NCBI GenBank assembly: GCA_951406725.2 | Contig: OX597831.1 | Span: 83,328,001-83,392,000, forward strand | Direction of reading: 5' to 3' | DNA: 64,000 bases | DNA from: Octopus vulgaris | Lineage: Eukaryota | Shown: piece by piece, positions 24,966 to 37,483 of the stretch | Layout: every line of letters begins with the position of its first letter | How positions within the stretch are numbered: the stretch's first letter is position 1 | Program-made: the position numbers and the translations under genes | The notes under the pieces: generated by a model | Told to the model about the DNA's origin: nothing | Databases searched by the model: none | The model's input: only the letters and a program-made list of their open reading frames with translations

Positions 24966-26865
24966 GAAAGCGCACTGCACAAACGGTGACCTTACCTGTT
25001 CACCGTCGTCTATGAAGCGCCGGAAATGTCGCAGTCTCAGCGCATGTCTGCGCATCATCAGCCACGGCATGCCTAGCCCTCCATTTAATGGGTATTGACA
25101 GAAAATGGATCGCCTAACCATCGGAACGCTTCCCCTCCACAAGAAGCGGAAGAGTATGCGTTCCAGTTTGGTGATGGCAGGGTCGGGACAAGCCACAACG
25201 GTCAGATGGTAATCGATGAGGGATGCGATGTATGCGTTCGCCATCTCCACCCGACTTTTTAGGGATAGCTTCCTCTCGGCCCATTGCTGGGTGAGAGTGG
25301 CCACCCTAGTCATTATTTCGCCCCAGTTCTTCTCATTTGGAGGTCCGGACCGAACCAGACTCCGAGTAATTTAACCGGTCCGTCGGTCCAGCGTCTCACG
25401 ATGGAGACGCTGTTGGACGGCATGGGCTTGCTCCTCCAGGTGCCGAGTCGCAAACCCACTGACTTTTCCCGGTTAATTTTTGCTCCCGTTACCGCTTCGT
25501 ATTCCTTTAGTGTCTCGCCGACCAGGTCGATGTGCTTGTGGCTCGACACTATGACGGTGACGGCGTCCGCGTATGCAGACACGCTCCTCCCGCATCCCAG
25601 ATCTCGTGGAATGCCCTTCAGCGTCGCTAGCTTCCGCGGTAGTGGCTCAAGGGTCAATACAAACAGAAGCGACGAGAGGGGGCATCCTTGACGGACCGAA
25701 CGCATGATGTTAAATGGTTTGGATAGACGACCATTTACGCGAACTACCGAGCGGATGCCGCTGTATAAGGCAGCGATCCAACCGCGGAAGATGGGACAGA
25801 AACCAGCCGCTTTAAGGACAGCCTCCAAGTAGTGATGGTCTACTCTATCGAAAGCTTTTGGTTGATCCAAATTGATCAGCGCCCCACCCATGCCAAGTTC
25901 CTTAACTACCCTGTCTATGATGTAGCGCTTCAGATGGAGGCTGTCATGGATACTCCTACCAGGCAGGACGCACGTTTGCGTTTTGTGACTAGTTTCTCGA
26001 TGACAAGCGCCAACCTCTTGACTAACACTTTGACCAAAAATTTTAAATCTGCGTTGAGCAGAGTGATGGGCCTCAAGTTATCTATGACGTTCCCCTTGTT
26101 TGGATCTTTCTTTAGCAGTGCCACTGCTCCTCACTTTACAATGACGGGGATACTTCCGTTTTGCTGCTAGTTGTAGTAGACAGCTGCCAAGACGCCTCCA
26201 AACAAGTCTGGTATATGACAATAAAGTTCGTAGGGCAGACAATCCAAGCCTGGTGACTTGTCTCTCACGCAGCCTGCCATCGCATCCCGTATGTCCGCGG
26301 CTGTGATGGGTCTTTCACAACACTTCACCTATCTTGCTGAGAGTCGTGGCGGGCCATGCAGGTAGGCACTAAAGTCCACTCTGCGTTCAGACCCACCAGT
26401 TGCCCCAAACCGTCGGGCAAAGTGTTGTTGAAAGGACTCACACATCATTTCAGGCTCGATTAATTCGAGCCCCTGTTCATCTGTAAGTGACCTGATGGTG
26501 GCTCTGTTGCCTCGTTGCACCTCCGCAACTCGGGCGGCTCCAACTCCTTCGTTCCTCAGATCACGCATCCTAGCTCTGACAACGCATCTTTCCTGTTTTG
26601 GAAGAGGGCCAACCTCGCTGCCATTACGTTGGACGCGATGCCAGTTCTAAGTGCCTCTTCTAAATTCTTAACTAAGTCTCCCTCTATTCTATTTCGGTCT
26701 AATGCTAGGGCCTTGCTGTACCTAACTGATTCTGCTTTAATTGCTTTCTTTAGAGCATACCACCATCTGTTGTTGATAAAGGCACCCGTCAATGCTCTCT
26801 TAACTAATGTGCTAATCCGGTCCCTGTAAGCATTCAGCTTCTAGTAACCGGGACCCTGCCTATGT
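24966..26865 (-). mobile_element. Tx1/L1-clade LINE ORF2 fragment (RT), decayed
   Basis: GPGY*KLN, SPGLDCLPYELY, NLRPITLLNADLK, NLDQPKAFDRVDH, SVRQGCPLSSLLF, SAYADA, P.NGGLGMP. Confidence 0.9.
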
Positions 26866-26870
26866 GTCTT

Positions 26871-26946
26871 AGATAGACATACAGATAGATAGATAAATAG
26901 ATAGACAGACAGATAGACAGAAAGATAGATAGAGAGATAGATAGAC

Positions 26947-27045
<99 letters not shown>

Positions 27046-27054
27046 TAGACAGAC

Positions 27055-27125
<71 letters not shown>

Positions 27126-27145
27126 CAGACAGATAGATATATAGA

Positions 27146-27234
<89 letters not shown>

Positions 27235-27353
27235 GGGGGAGGGAGAAATGGATACACAAATATGTGTATGTGTGTAATGAGTAGGTGGAGGGAGGAATAA
27301 CATTCACAATAAGAACTCTGACTATAGAAAGCGTGTTTGCATAGACAGATTAT

Positions 27354-27432
<79 letters not shown>
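26871..27432. repeat. (GATA)/(GACA)n and (GAT)n microsatellites
   Basis: Direct observation (26871-27234, 27353-27432). Confidence 0.95.
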
Positions 27433-27433
<1 letters not shown>

Positions 27434-27726
27434 GTGATGGTGGTGATGGTGGTAGAGGTGGTGATGGCGATGGTGAGGAGTACAATGGTACAGAACGGTG
27501 ATCCATCTGTTAATGTCTCTCTTTCCTAAAAGTGTGTTGCAGGTTTATGACGCCACCCGACCAAATGAAACATTGAAAGCAAGCAAGCAAGTAAGAACAA
27601 ATTAGTTTATTTATTTATTTATACATTTATTTTATAAATAGTTTTGGGTGGGGACTAACAGTAAGTAGAACGGAAGGATTATATTTATTGATACGGTCAA
27701 TAATGCTCTCGCGCTAGAAATAGTGT

Positions 27727-27764
<38 letters not shown>

Positions 27765-30313
27765 CGGTGTGTCGACCGCTATTTATTGAACTACATGAAG
27801 TAGATCGATACTTTTGTGAATGATTTAACTGAGAAATATACAAAAATACCAATTACAATAATAATCAAATTAATAGTGAATTGTGTACCTGGTTAACTAG
27901 ATGAACAAATGATAACAAAATAATCAACGGAAAGGTGATCAAAAAACACAATAAGAAATTGCTGTCGGCTGAATGAAAGTCGTCTTAATGGAGTCGGGTT
28001 TTAATGAGTACTAGCTTAAGGTGACCCGCTCTACGCACGGGTAAGAGTGTGGTTGTTACTTTCTGTTGCTTCCTTTCTGTTTTTTATCACCACATTCTCC
28101 CTATTTGTTTCTCTCTCCTTTCTCTTTCACTTTCCCACTCTCTTACTCTTCCTTTCTCTCGGACTCTCCTTCGCTTTCTCTTACTCTCTATATTTCTCTA
28201 TCTATCTCTCTCATAAATATCATAAATATCAGGCAGTGACAACGGAAAGATCTGCTTCAAGGCAGACAGCAAAACACTAACATTTAAAAGGGAAAGACGA
28301 ACTTGCGAGCTGAATAAAAAAAAAATATTGGAAACCAAAGTTTGAAGGGATAGAATCTGAGGATAATAGAGTCACCATGGCTGGCATTTCTTAACGAAGG
28401 ACAGCAACGTAGTGGCAGTTTAACGGTTGGCGTAAAATTTTGAACTTGATGTAAAAGAAAATTTCTAAACACCAAATTTTGAAGTGATTCTTTCTCACGA
28501 CAGTAGACTCATCATGGCAAGCATTCAAAACTTCATCATGGACGGCAACACATTGACAATTAAAAGGCTGGCGCAAATTTTTTAGCTTGATGTAACAGAG
28601 AATTCCTAATCACCCGCTCCTGTAAATTTTAATCCCCTTCCAGCCCCATTTAGACCCCTTTTCACATTTTGGTTAATATAACCCGATTTCATTCGGGTCT
28701 ACTCGGGCCACATTTTATGAGATGAGGAATTTTGTTCTAGAAGTCATGCCTTTCATTTGAGGCAAAAAATAGTTGCCATGCAAACTCGCCAGCACTTTTA
28801 ACATAGGTGTGCATATTTTCAGCTCAACCAACCACATAATGCACACATTATATATATATATATATACACGCATTAAATATATATAAGTACATATATACGC
28901 ATTATATATATATGCGCGTGTGTGTGTGTGCGTACGCATTATATATACAAATGTATACAAATTATATATATATATATACGTATATATATATAAATACAGG
29001 TATATACACTTTGTATATATACATTATATATACATATTTATATATAGAACGCACACACACACACATACATATATAAATTAACCCAATAAATATCTGATTC
29101 ATAATATTTGTTGTCATGATTGTGTGGTGGTGGTGGTGGCGATGATAATTCTTTCTATGAATGCAGACAGACGTAGAGAGAGAGGAAGGGGATGTGGGAG
29201 AAATAGTGACAGCGCTGGCGAAGGTGGTGGGGTAAAGATAGTAGACGCTGTCAAACGACGTTATAGAGAGAAAGTGAAAGGAAGGGAGGAAAGAGAGAGA
29301 CATAGAGGAAGACAGGCAGATAAGAGAATGAGAGGAGACTTGTCAAAGTGTGCGTTCTTTGCCCTAGTAACCACACCTTTTAAGATAGGGATTTCTAACC
29401 TAGCCCATTCACATCCTCATTTTACATGTCCCTGTTAATTTTGGAGTCAATCCGACGGGATCTAGTGCCCTTTAACCCGTTACAAAACCAGACAAACAAA
29501 CTTTTCGCATTTCAGATTTATAGATATTGATGATTTAACGTTTTTGAGTTGATAGCATTTCATCAGACGGATTTCTTTTTTCATGGATAAACTGAATATC
29601 GGAAAGGCATGGCTCCATGCCTGTACACCTCAGAGATACCGAATGTGTATTTGTGCGTCTGTAAATTCCTGCAGAACTTAACTTTAATGTCGAGACAAAT
29701 ATACAGAGCATGCCTTTTCCCGTGACGGAGTTCAAATAGTGATGAGACATAACAATAGAGTTACGGTTTTAAAGCTTTTTCTATGCAACTCTAAACAAAT
29801 GTAAACACACATTGTTGTTTTCTTTGCGCGCGCGCGTACACACAACATAAAGATTAATGAAAGAAGAATCACGCGGAACAACAATGGATTACAGTGGAGT
29901 TTTTTCTTTACCAAGCCTGGATCTATTTCATATCGATCTCGTTCATGGATTGTTGTTATTGATAATTTATTTCTTGTTTGATTCATCGAACTTGAAATGT
30001 GAATATCGTCTCTTTCATCGGGGCCTGCTAAATAGAAACATTTCACATATTTACTGTGGTACTAATAGCGGCGATTGAGAAGAGTAGTACCAGTAGTACT
30101 AATGGCTTCATCGCATCCCTCTCTTTCTGTCCCTGGCCTTGCGTTTCACCCAAAGAAACCATCGTAAATAGTGTAATGATAGTTCAGTGAAGCGGGAGGT
30201 TGAATAATCCAATCATTTGTTCTACAACACACCAACGATTTGTCACCAATGGAAACGAATGCCCGCCACACAATGTTTTGTCGCCAAACGGCTTGTAAAT
30301 TTTGCTAGCTTTA

Positions 30314-30501
30314 GTGTGTGTGTGTGTGTGTGTGTGTATCTTGTATCTGTGTGTTGTGTGTGCACGTGTGTGCACGTGTGTGCACGTGTGTGTGTGCGTT
30401 TGCATGTTGTGTGGTGTGTTTGTGTTGTGCGTGTGTGCGTGTTGTATGTGTGTATGCGCAGGTATATATGTGTGTGTTTGTGCATGTGTACATGTTTGTG
30501 C

Positions 30502-30594
<93 letters not shown>

Positions 30595-30614
30595 CGTGCA
30601 TATGTGCGAGTGTG
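30314..30614. repeat. (TG)n compound microsatellite
   Basis: Direct observation. Confidence 0.95.
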
Positions 30615-31167
30615 CAAATTTTTGCAAACGCTGTGTTGGGGCGAAATCCTGCAAGACACAACTCCATGCGGTTCGGGGGCAATCAGTTGATGCTATACAC
30701 TTTCCCGTTCTTTTTCAGCAAAATCTCTCTTAAACCGCAACCTGGTGTCAGACGCTGGATAATACGGCTTTAGGCTGTTTTTTGTATAAGAAAACATCGA
30801 GGTGGTCACAGCAAGGAATGCCATTGAATGTAGGTGTAGCTGACAAGTTCTGACCTTCGGCTAAACAATAATACACAACTTCTTCAGCCTAAAACCACTC
30901 TTTTCTTATGAATACAAATTTCTGAGAACACTTTTTTCTTCGCTTCTTTTATTTCCATTTTTTTTATATATATATTTTCGTTCTTTCATCTTTTCCTTCT
31001 TATTTCTTTTTTCTCCCCTACTTCTGCTTCTTTTGCTTTTATATTCTCACAACACATCACCACCACCATCACCACCACCTCAGTCCTTTTATTTCCTCTC
31101 ATTCTTTCTCTCTCTCATTCTTTACCATTTTACTCGTGTTATATATGTCTCTCTCACCTCTCACCCT

Positions 31168-31226
<59 letters not shown>

Positions 31227-32423
31227 CTTCCGTTTATATAATTTCTTTCTCGCCCGTTTTCTTCCCGGCTTTTTATCTCCGTTTCCTTACCTTCACACCT
31301 TTATTCTCATTTTCTTTCGATCTTTTATCCTCTCCTTCGCCGTTTTCCTTCCCTCATCTTTCTCAGCCGCCATTTCACCTGCTTCTATTCTCTTCTTTCT
31401 CTCGCTTGAGCCCCATTGTGAATCACAATACACAAAGTACTTTCTAGGAATATGAAATTGCCGATGAAGACGACAACACAAGTTCTTTGTATTCACGTGG
31501 CGGCGTTGGTGGTGCTGCTGCTGATGATGCTAATGTTTAATGAATATACAAAGATTGTTGAGAACACCACAATGCTATTCTCAACAACACATCTTTACAA
31601 TCAGCAGGACAGCTTTTCAGATGAATATTCCAGAACATTATAACAAAAACCATTAAAGCAGATGAACGGATACCTAAAATGGATGCCAAGGAAAATCTTT
31701 CTCTTGAATTGTGTGCACTTGTTCTATTCACCTTGTATTTACGAGGCTTTGTTATTTCTTTTGCAGGAAAAGAAAATAATTACACGTATTCGTTTTAGTT
31801 CCTCCTGAAGTGGGAGTAAACGTGGGCGAGTTTGCTGTTGTTTTTCTGGGTTTGTAGATGGAGTCCTGGAAAATTAAAGGGCGGGGAGGAAATTTTAGTT
31901 TGATGGAAAAGATTTGGATAAGGTATTTTAAACTGGGTTTAGGAGGTGTGTCTGTGTTGGTGAAGACAAAGTAAGCAAGATGAGTTTTGATTTGACGAAT
32001 TTTTGCTTGAATTGTTGCAAGTTTTGTAGATGGAGACCGGAAGCGTAAAAAGAATCTCAGTCAAATGTAATTCTAGGAACAATTTCGACAAAGTATTCCG
32101 TACAAAACTAAAACTTGTGACACGGTAAAAGTGATGAGGGGAAGGCAGAAGAGAACATTAACTGGGTTTTATAAGGATGTTATAGAGGTCGGGTATTAAA
32201 TGGAGCATAAACTGTTGTAAAAGTGGTATAAGGTCCGGGAGAAGGGGTTAGAGAGAGAGGGAGTTAGAGAAGGAAGGAGGGAGAAAGGGGAGATAGACAG
32301 TCTTCTCTGCAAACATAGTGAATTATGAATGAAGGAATAGAAATTTAGTAACAGACATTTTGAAGGTGACTTTTAGCTAGTAGTAGTAGTAGTAGTTGTT
32401 GTTGTTGTTTATCCCTGAAACCC

Positions 32424-32712
32424 CTGCAACAGCCTGGGTTTCAGGAGCCCACAGCTTTTTAATATTCTCCCAAAGAGTGTGAGGAACTTGCACAAAGTAG
32501 ATGTAGCGGTTTTTAAATCAAAGCTTGACCTCTTCCTGTCGAGAGTCCTAGATGAACCTACCTCAATTCAAGAGGTGCAAATGAGAGTAGCTATATCAAA
32601 CTCCATTCTTCACCAAGTGCCACATATTAGAGGAGGCTCTTAGTTATAACAGTGTAGCAAAGCGGCGGTGCATCAGCATGGCCTCAGCTCTGGGCTGAAG
32701 CTACAGAAAAAA
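32424..32712 (+). mobile_element. CR1-group LINE 3' end (same family as 37484-41228)
   Basis: CNSLGFRSPQLFNILPK..FKSKLDLFLSRV.DEPTS..HQVPHIRGGS* plus 3' tail. Confidence 0.9.
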
Positions 32713-32719
32713 ATATATA

Positions 32720-32792
<73 letters not shown>

Positions 32793-32879
32793 AGATATAT
32801 GCAAATATATATGTATAGATATATGCATATATATATTTATATATATGCATATGTATATATGTATAGATATATGCATATA

Positions 32880-32920
<41 letters not shown>

Positions 32921-32921
32921 G

Positions 32922-32952
<31 letters not shown>

Positions 32953-32989
32953 GTATATATATATATGTGTATATGTATGTATATGTATG

Positions 32990-33058
<69 letters not shown>

Positions 33059-33067
33059 TATATATAT

Positions 33068-33105
<38 letters not shown>

Positions 33106-33158
33106 TGTACAGTGGATTGAAAGTAACTGCCTATATATAATATATATATATATATATC

Positions 33159-33200
<42 letters not shown>
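32713..33200. repeat. (TA)n-rich microsatellite field
   Basis: Direct observation; similar fields at 33924-34435, 35662-35868, 36662-36978. Confidence 0.95.
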
Positions 33201-33202
<2 letters not shown>

Positions 33203-33204
<2 letters not shown>

Positions 33205-33921
33205 GTGTGATTGGAAAGTAACTGCCTATTTTAAAATGCTTATAATTTATTTATTAACTATAATTTTTTCCTCAAATTTGTTGTGTATGTTCTTTAATGT
33301 ATGGGAATTGATTCCATGTTGTTCTGTTTTTGTTTTGCTTGAAATTTAGAAGCCCTACAAACATGGCTGAATGTTCTACTGTGCAGGAGCGTACCCAGCT
33401 AGCTGCACATTACGAAGTTTGGAGATCAGTTGTTCAAGCGCAAAGAAGGTGGACGACCATTAGAGGAAGACATGGTTAAGTTGATGCAAAGATAATCAAG
33501 AATTGACATGCAAAATTCATGACGACAGGATTTGTAGCTGATACTTGAAGTGGTCGCCCTTCCAATTCATCAAGGTTCGCATGACTGGCTGACCAGAAAC
33601 CCTGATTTAACACCCTGCGGCTATTTTCTTCAGGGTTGATTAACGGAGAAAGTCTTCTCTACCAAACCTATGACTTTGGAAGAACTTGAAGGGTGAATAC
33701 GTGAAGTTATGTCATTCATTCCACAAGGCTTTCTGATGAAATCAGTTGATGTGGTTCCCAGGTGGCTTGAGAAGCTGGTGGTGAATGCTGATGCCTGTAT
33801 CAAATTTTAAATAAAATTCCATGTTATACACTTTCTTTACGTATTCGTGTTTTCTAAAAATTATGGTTAATAAATAAATTATAAGTCTTTTAAAATAGGG
33901 AGGTTCTTTTCAATCACCCTG
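33203..33921 (+). mobile_element. Tc1/mariner-superfamily relic, internally deleted
   Basis: ~65-bp imperfect TIRs (CAG.GTGATTG.AA...CCTATTTTAAAA..CTTATAATTTATTTATTAAC), TA flanks; N-terminal remnant ..SGRPS and C-terminal WLTRNPDLTPCGYFL..P.TLEELE. Confidence 0.85.
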
Positions 33922-33930
33922 TACATATAT

Positions 33931-33981
<51 letters not shown>

Positions 33982-33995
33982 TATATATGTATATA

Positions 33996-34050
<55 letters not shown>

Positions 34051-34340
34051 ATATATATATATGTATATATAGGTATATATATATGAATATACATATGTAT
34101 ATATTATATATATATATATGTATGTATATATGCATATCTGTATATATATGTATATATATATGTGTATGCATATATATATATATATATAATGTATATATAT
34201 ATATATGTATGTGTATATATATGTGTGTATATATATGTATGTGTATATATATATGTATGTGTATATATTTTTGTATGTGTATATATGTATATATATATAT
34301 ATATTTACATATATATATACATATATATACAAATACATGC

Positions 34341-34373
<33 letters not shown>

Positions 34374-34437
34374 AATACATACATTTATATATACATATAT
34401 ATATATATGCATACATTTATTTATATACATATATAAC

Positions 34438-35645
34438 ACTGCCTAACACAGCTCCTGCAACACTTCGACTGGGTGTTAAAACAGCTACTAAATGGCTCAA
34501 ATGTGGATGTGATATATCTCGACTTTGCAAAAGCCTTTGATAAAGTCGACCACGGTATGATTTGTCACAAACTGCGTCTCGGCATAGGCGGAAAACTTGC
34601 AGAGTGGCTGCACAATTTCCTAAAAGATAGAAGGCAGGCAGTTGTGACCAATGGAGCCACCTCCAAGGAAACACAAATAACAAGCTGTGTTCCACTGTCT
34701 TGGGGCCACTGCTGTTCATAGTGGCCCTTTCAGACATGCCCTCAGTTGCTAAGATGGCCACCCTTGCTAGCTATGCAGATGACACAAAGTCTCCCACACA
34801 ATACAAAACCCTGGAAATATTGCACATCTGCAACAAGAGTTGGATACAATATACAGGTGGGCTGAGGACAACTACATGCAGTTTAATGCAGGTAAGTTCC
34901 AGGCCCTGCGCTACCGGCACACAAAGGTAAACGACATGCAGACTGGATACACTGACCCGGGAAGAATTGCAATCCCTGAGTCAAAATCAGTGCGTGACCT
35001 GGGCATTGACAAGAGAGAAGGAGACACTGATGGTCCTGTGAAAACTTTCGTCCTCAGCCACTTGGACTACTGCTCCCAACTATGGTCACCATAAAACTAA
35101 CAGCAGAACTCGAAGCAATTCAAAGAAGCTACACAAAGAAGATCGTCTCAATGCAACATATCAGCTACTGGGAAAGACTGAGTATTAAAACTCTTCTGCC
35201 TAGAGCGAAGGCGGGAGAGATATGCGGTGATATACATCTGGAAAATCCTGAAGAGTCTTCTCCCAAACTTTGGCATTCAAAGTTACCTCAACCGCAGAAT
35301 GGGGCGCCACTGCATGGTGCCAAAAATTCCAACATCACCATCAAAATACAGGACCAGATACTGCAACAGCTTGTGTTTCAGAGGACCACAGCTCTTTAAC
35401 ATCCTCCCTAAATGCCTGAGAGACTTGCATGGTGCGGATGTGGGTTTCTTTAAAACTAAACTGGATCTCTTCTTGTCGGGGGTCCCAGATGAACCTACCT
35501 CACGACAGAAGACACAGATGCGGGCAGCGGCATCGAACTCTCTTGTTGACCAAGTGCCATGTATCAGAGGTGGATTCACATATTAGTGTAGCTCATTCAG
35601 CGGTGGTGCCCCAGAATGGCCGCAGTCTTCGGGCTGAAACATTTT
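34438..35645 (+). mobile_element. CR1-group LINE, 5'-truncated with internal deletions
   Basis: [55 protein letters not shown] and 3' tail. Confidence 0.92.
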
Positions 35646-35707
35646 AAAGGATTTTTAAGGATACATATATATGCAAATACATGCATATATATACATATAT
35701 ATATATG

Positions 35708-35805
<98 letters not shown>

Positions 35806-35825
35806 TACATATATATATGCATACA

Positions 35826-35867
<42 letters not shown>

Positions 35868-35872
<5 letters not shown>

Positions 35873-36659
35873 GAAATATGTTACAAAAGAAAATATAAAA
35901 TACATGTGTAAGGGTAAAATATGAAAAATCAACGAAAATGCACTGCAAATAAAAAAAGGCTATTTATGACAGGTAACAAGAAATATATACATTTAGATGG
36001 ACTGAGGTAGTAATAAGAATCATAAAAGTCATTATTATGAGATGATTATAAGATGATAATAAAGTAAGAGAACAAAGCGAACGATGGTTTCGGTAAAAAT
36101 CTATTCATCACTTTGAAAACACCGGCTAATACACGGTGTCAGGTCTAATAGTTCCTGAGAAAAAAAAATTATTTATAAGGGAAGAAAGTAGTTCTGGATT
36201 ATTTGTAAGGGAGGTAAGTAGTTCTGGATTTAGAGATGTGAGTGGTGTAGGAAGTGTATACGGGTTAGCGGTTTCAATTGAAGAGGTAGTGGTGTTCTGT
36301 ATTGAGTTGTGTGTTCATATTTAGTTGAGGAGATTTTTATTGATGAAAAATGCCTCTTTATTCAACCTTGTGGTGTTCTGTGAACATTGATAAAAGGGAA
36401 AGATTTGGAAATTAGGATTAAGATTCCTGGCACACCTTTCTATGTGTTCACTCACCTTTAACTGTCTGTAATGTGGTTGGCGAATTTGCTCTTTGTGAAT
36501 GGTGGTTCTCTGACGGAGCGAAATTCCTGTTTGTCCAATATAGAGTTTACCACCACACAACTACCTCAGTGCATCTAAATGTATATATTTGTCGTTACCT
36601 GTCATAAAAAGGCTTTTTTTTATTTGCTATGTGCATTTTCGTTGATTTTTCATATTTTA

Positions 36660-36661
<2 letters not shown>
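35868..36661 (-). mobile_element. 5'-truncated Penelope-like element: GIY-YIG C-terminal part with inverted terminal repeat
   Basis: ORF 36321-36560 CGGKLYIGQTG..LRQR..H..V.EH..C..E.FFI..LN; ~100-bp inverted repeats 35913-36011 and 36560-36661; decayed hammerhead 36073-36115. Confidence 0.85.
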
Positions 36662-36717
<56 letters not shown>

Positions 36718-37161
36718 TATACATATATATACACACATATATATATACACATACATATATATACACATGCATATATACATGCATATACATATATATATAT
36801 ATATATATATAATATACATACGCATGTATATTCATATATATATTGGTATATATATATATATATATATGAATATGCATATGTATATATATTATATATGTAT
36901 ATATGTATGCATATATGCATGTATATATATTTGTGTGTGTATATATATGTATATATATATATGAATGCATATATATATTGTCGAATGCTAGCTATTTGAC
37001 ACACAATCTGCGTCCATTATAGACTTTCGAACAGGGGAGGTCAGCCGCTTCATCCTGCTAGTCTTATATTTATAAGATTGCCATATTAGTATGGCGATAA
37101 CTATTAATTTCCAGTAACGCTGCCGTAATCTCTTTTAGAGAGACTTAGTAATTTTAATATT

Positions 37162-37211
37162 TCTATTATTGAAAACAAGTGGATGTATTCCACCGAAACT
37201 AGGTAAATAGA
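37162..37211 (+). ncRNA. Hammerhead-like motif (U3-A8 variant, irregular junctions)
   Basis: TCTATT-a-TTGAAAA-caa-GTGGA-tgtat-TCCAC-c-GAAA-CTAGG-TA-AATAGA. Confidence 0.5.
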
Positions 37212-37259
37212 TTCTTCGAACAGGGACAGTCAGTAGCGACACCTGCTGGGTCTGACTAC

Positions 37260-37302
37260 GCTGCATTGATAAAGGGCAACTACCCTGAAACGCGTCTGCA
37301 GC
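37260..37302 (+). ncRNA. Minimal type-I hammerhead ribozyme, U3-A8 core variant
   Basis: GCTGCA-TTGATAA-AGGG-caacta-CCCT-GAAA-CGCG-TC-TGCAGC; perfect 6-bp stem I, 4-bp stem II, palindromic stem III, GUC site. Confidence 0.8.
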
Positions 37303-37483
37303 TGTCTGACTAGCAAGATGAAGCGGCTGACCTCCCCTGTTCGAAAGTCTATAATGGACGCAGATTGTGTGTCAAATAGCTAGCTTGAGGCGATGGCCTC
37401 TTGGAGCTAATCATCGACAGCTTTAGTCTTATTTTATAAGATTGCCATATTAGTATGGCGATAACTATTAATATCTATATATA

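Larger units (their letters stand above)
36987..37472 (+). mobile_element. Non-coding retrozyme/PLE-LTR-like element
   Basis: 77-bp inverted repeat 36987-37063/37308-37384 (1 mismatch); ~50-bp direct repeat 37059-37108/37424-37472; two hammerhead motifs inside. Confidence 0.75.

Noticed and set aside
31448-31540. Possible + strand terminal exon (EYEIADEDDNTSS...)
   Set aside because: Low-complexity GCT/GAT content, no partner exon or homology
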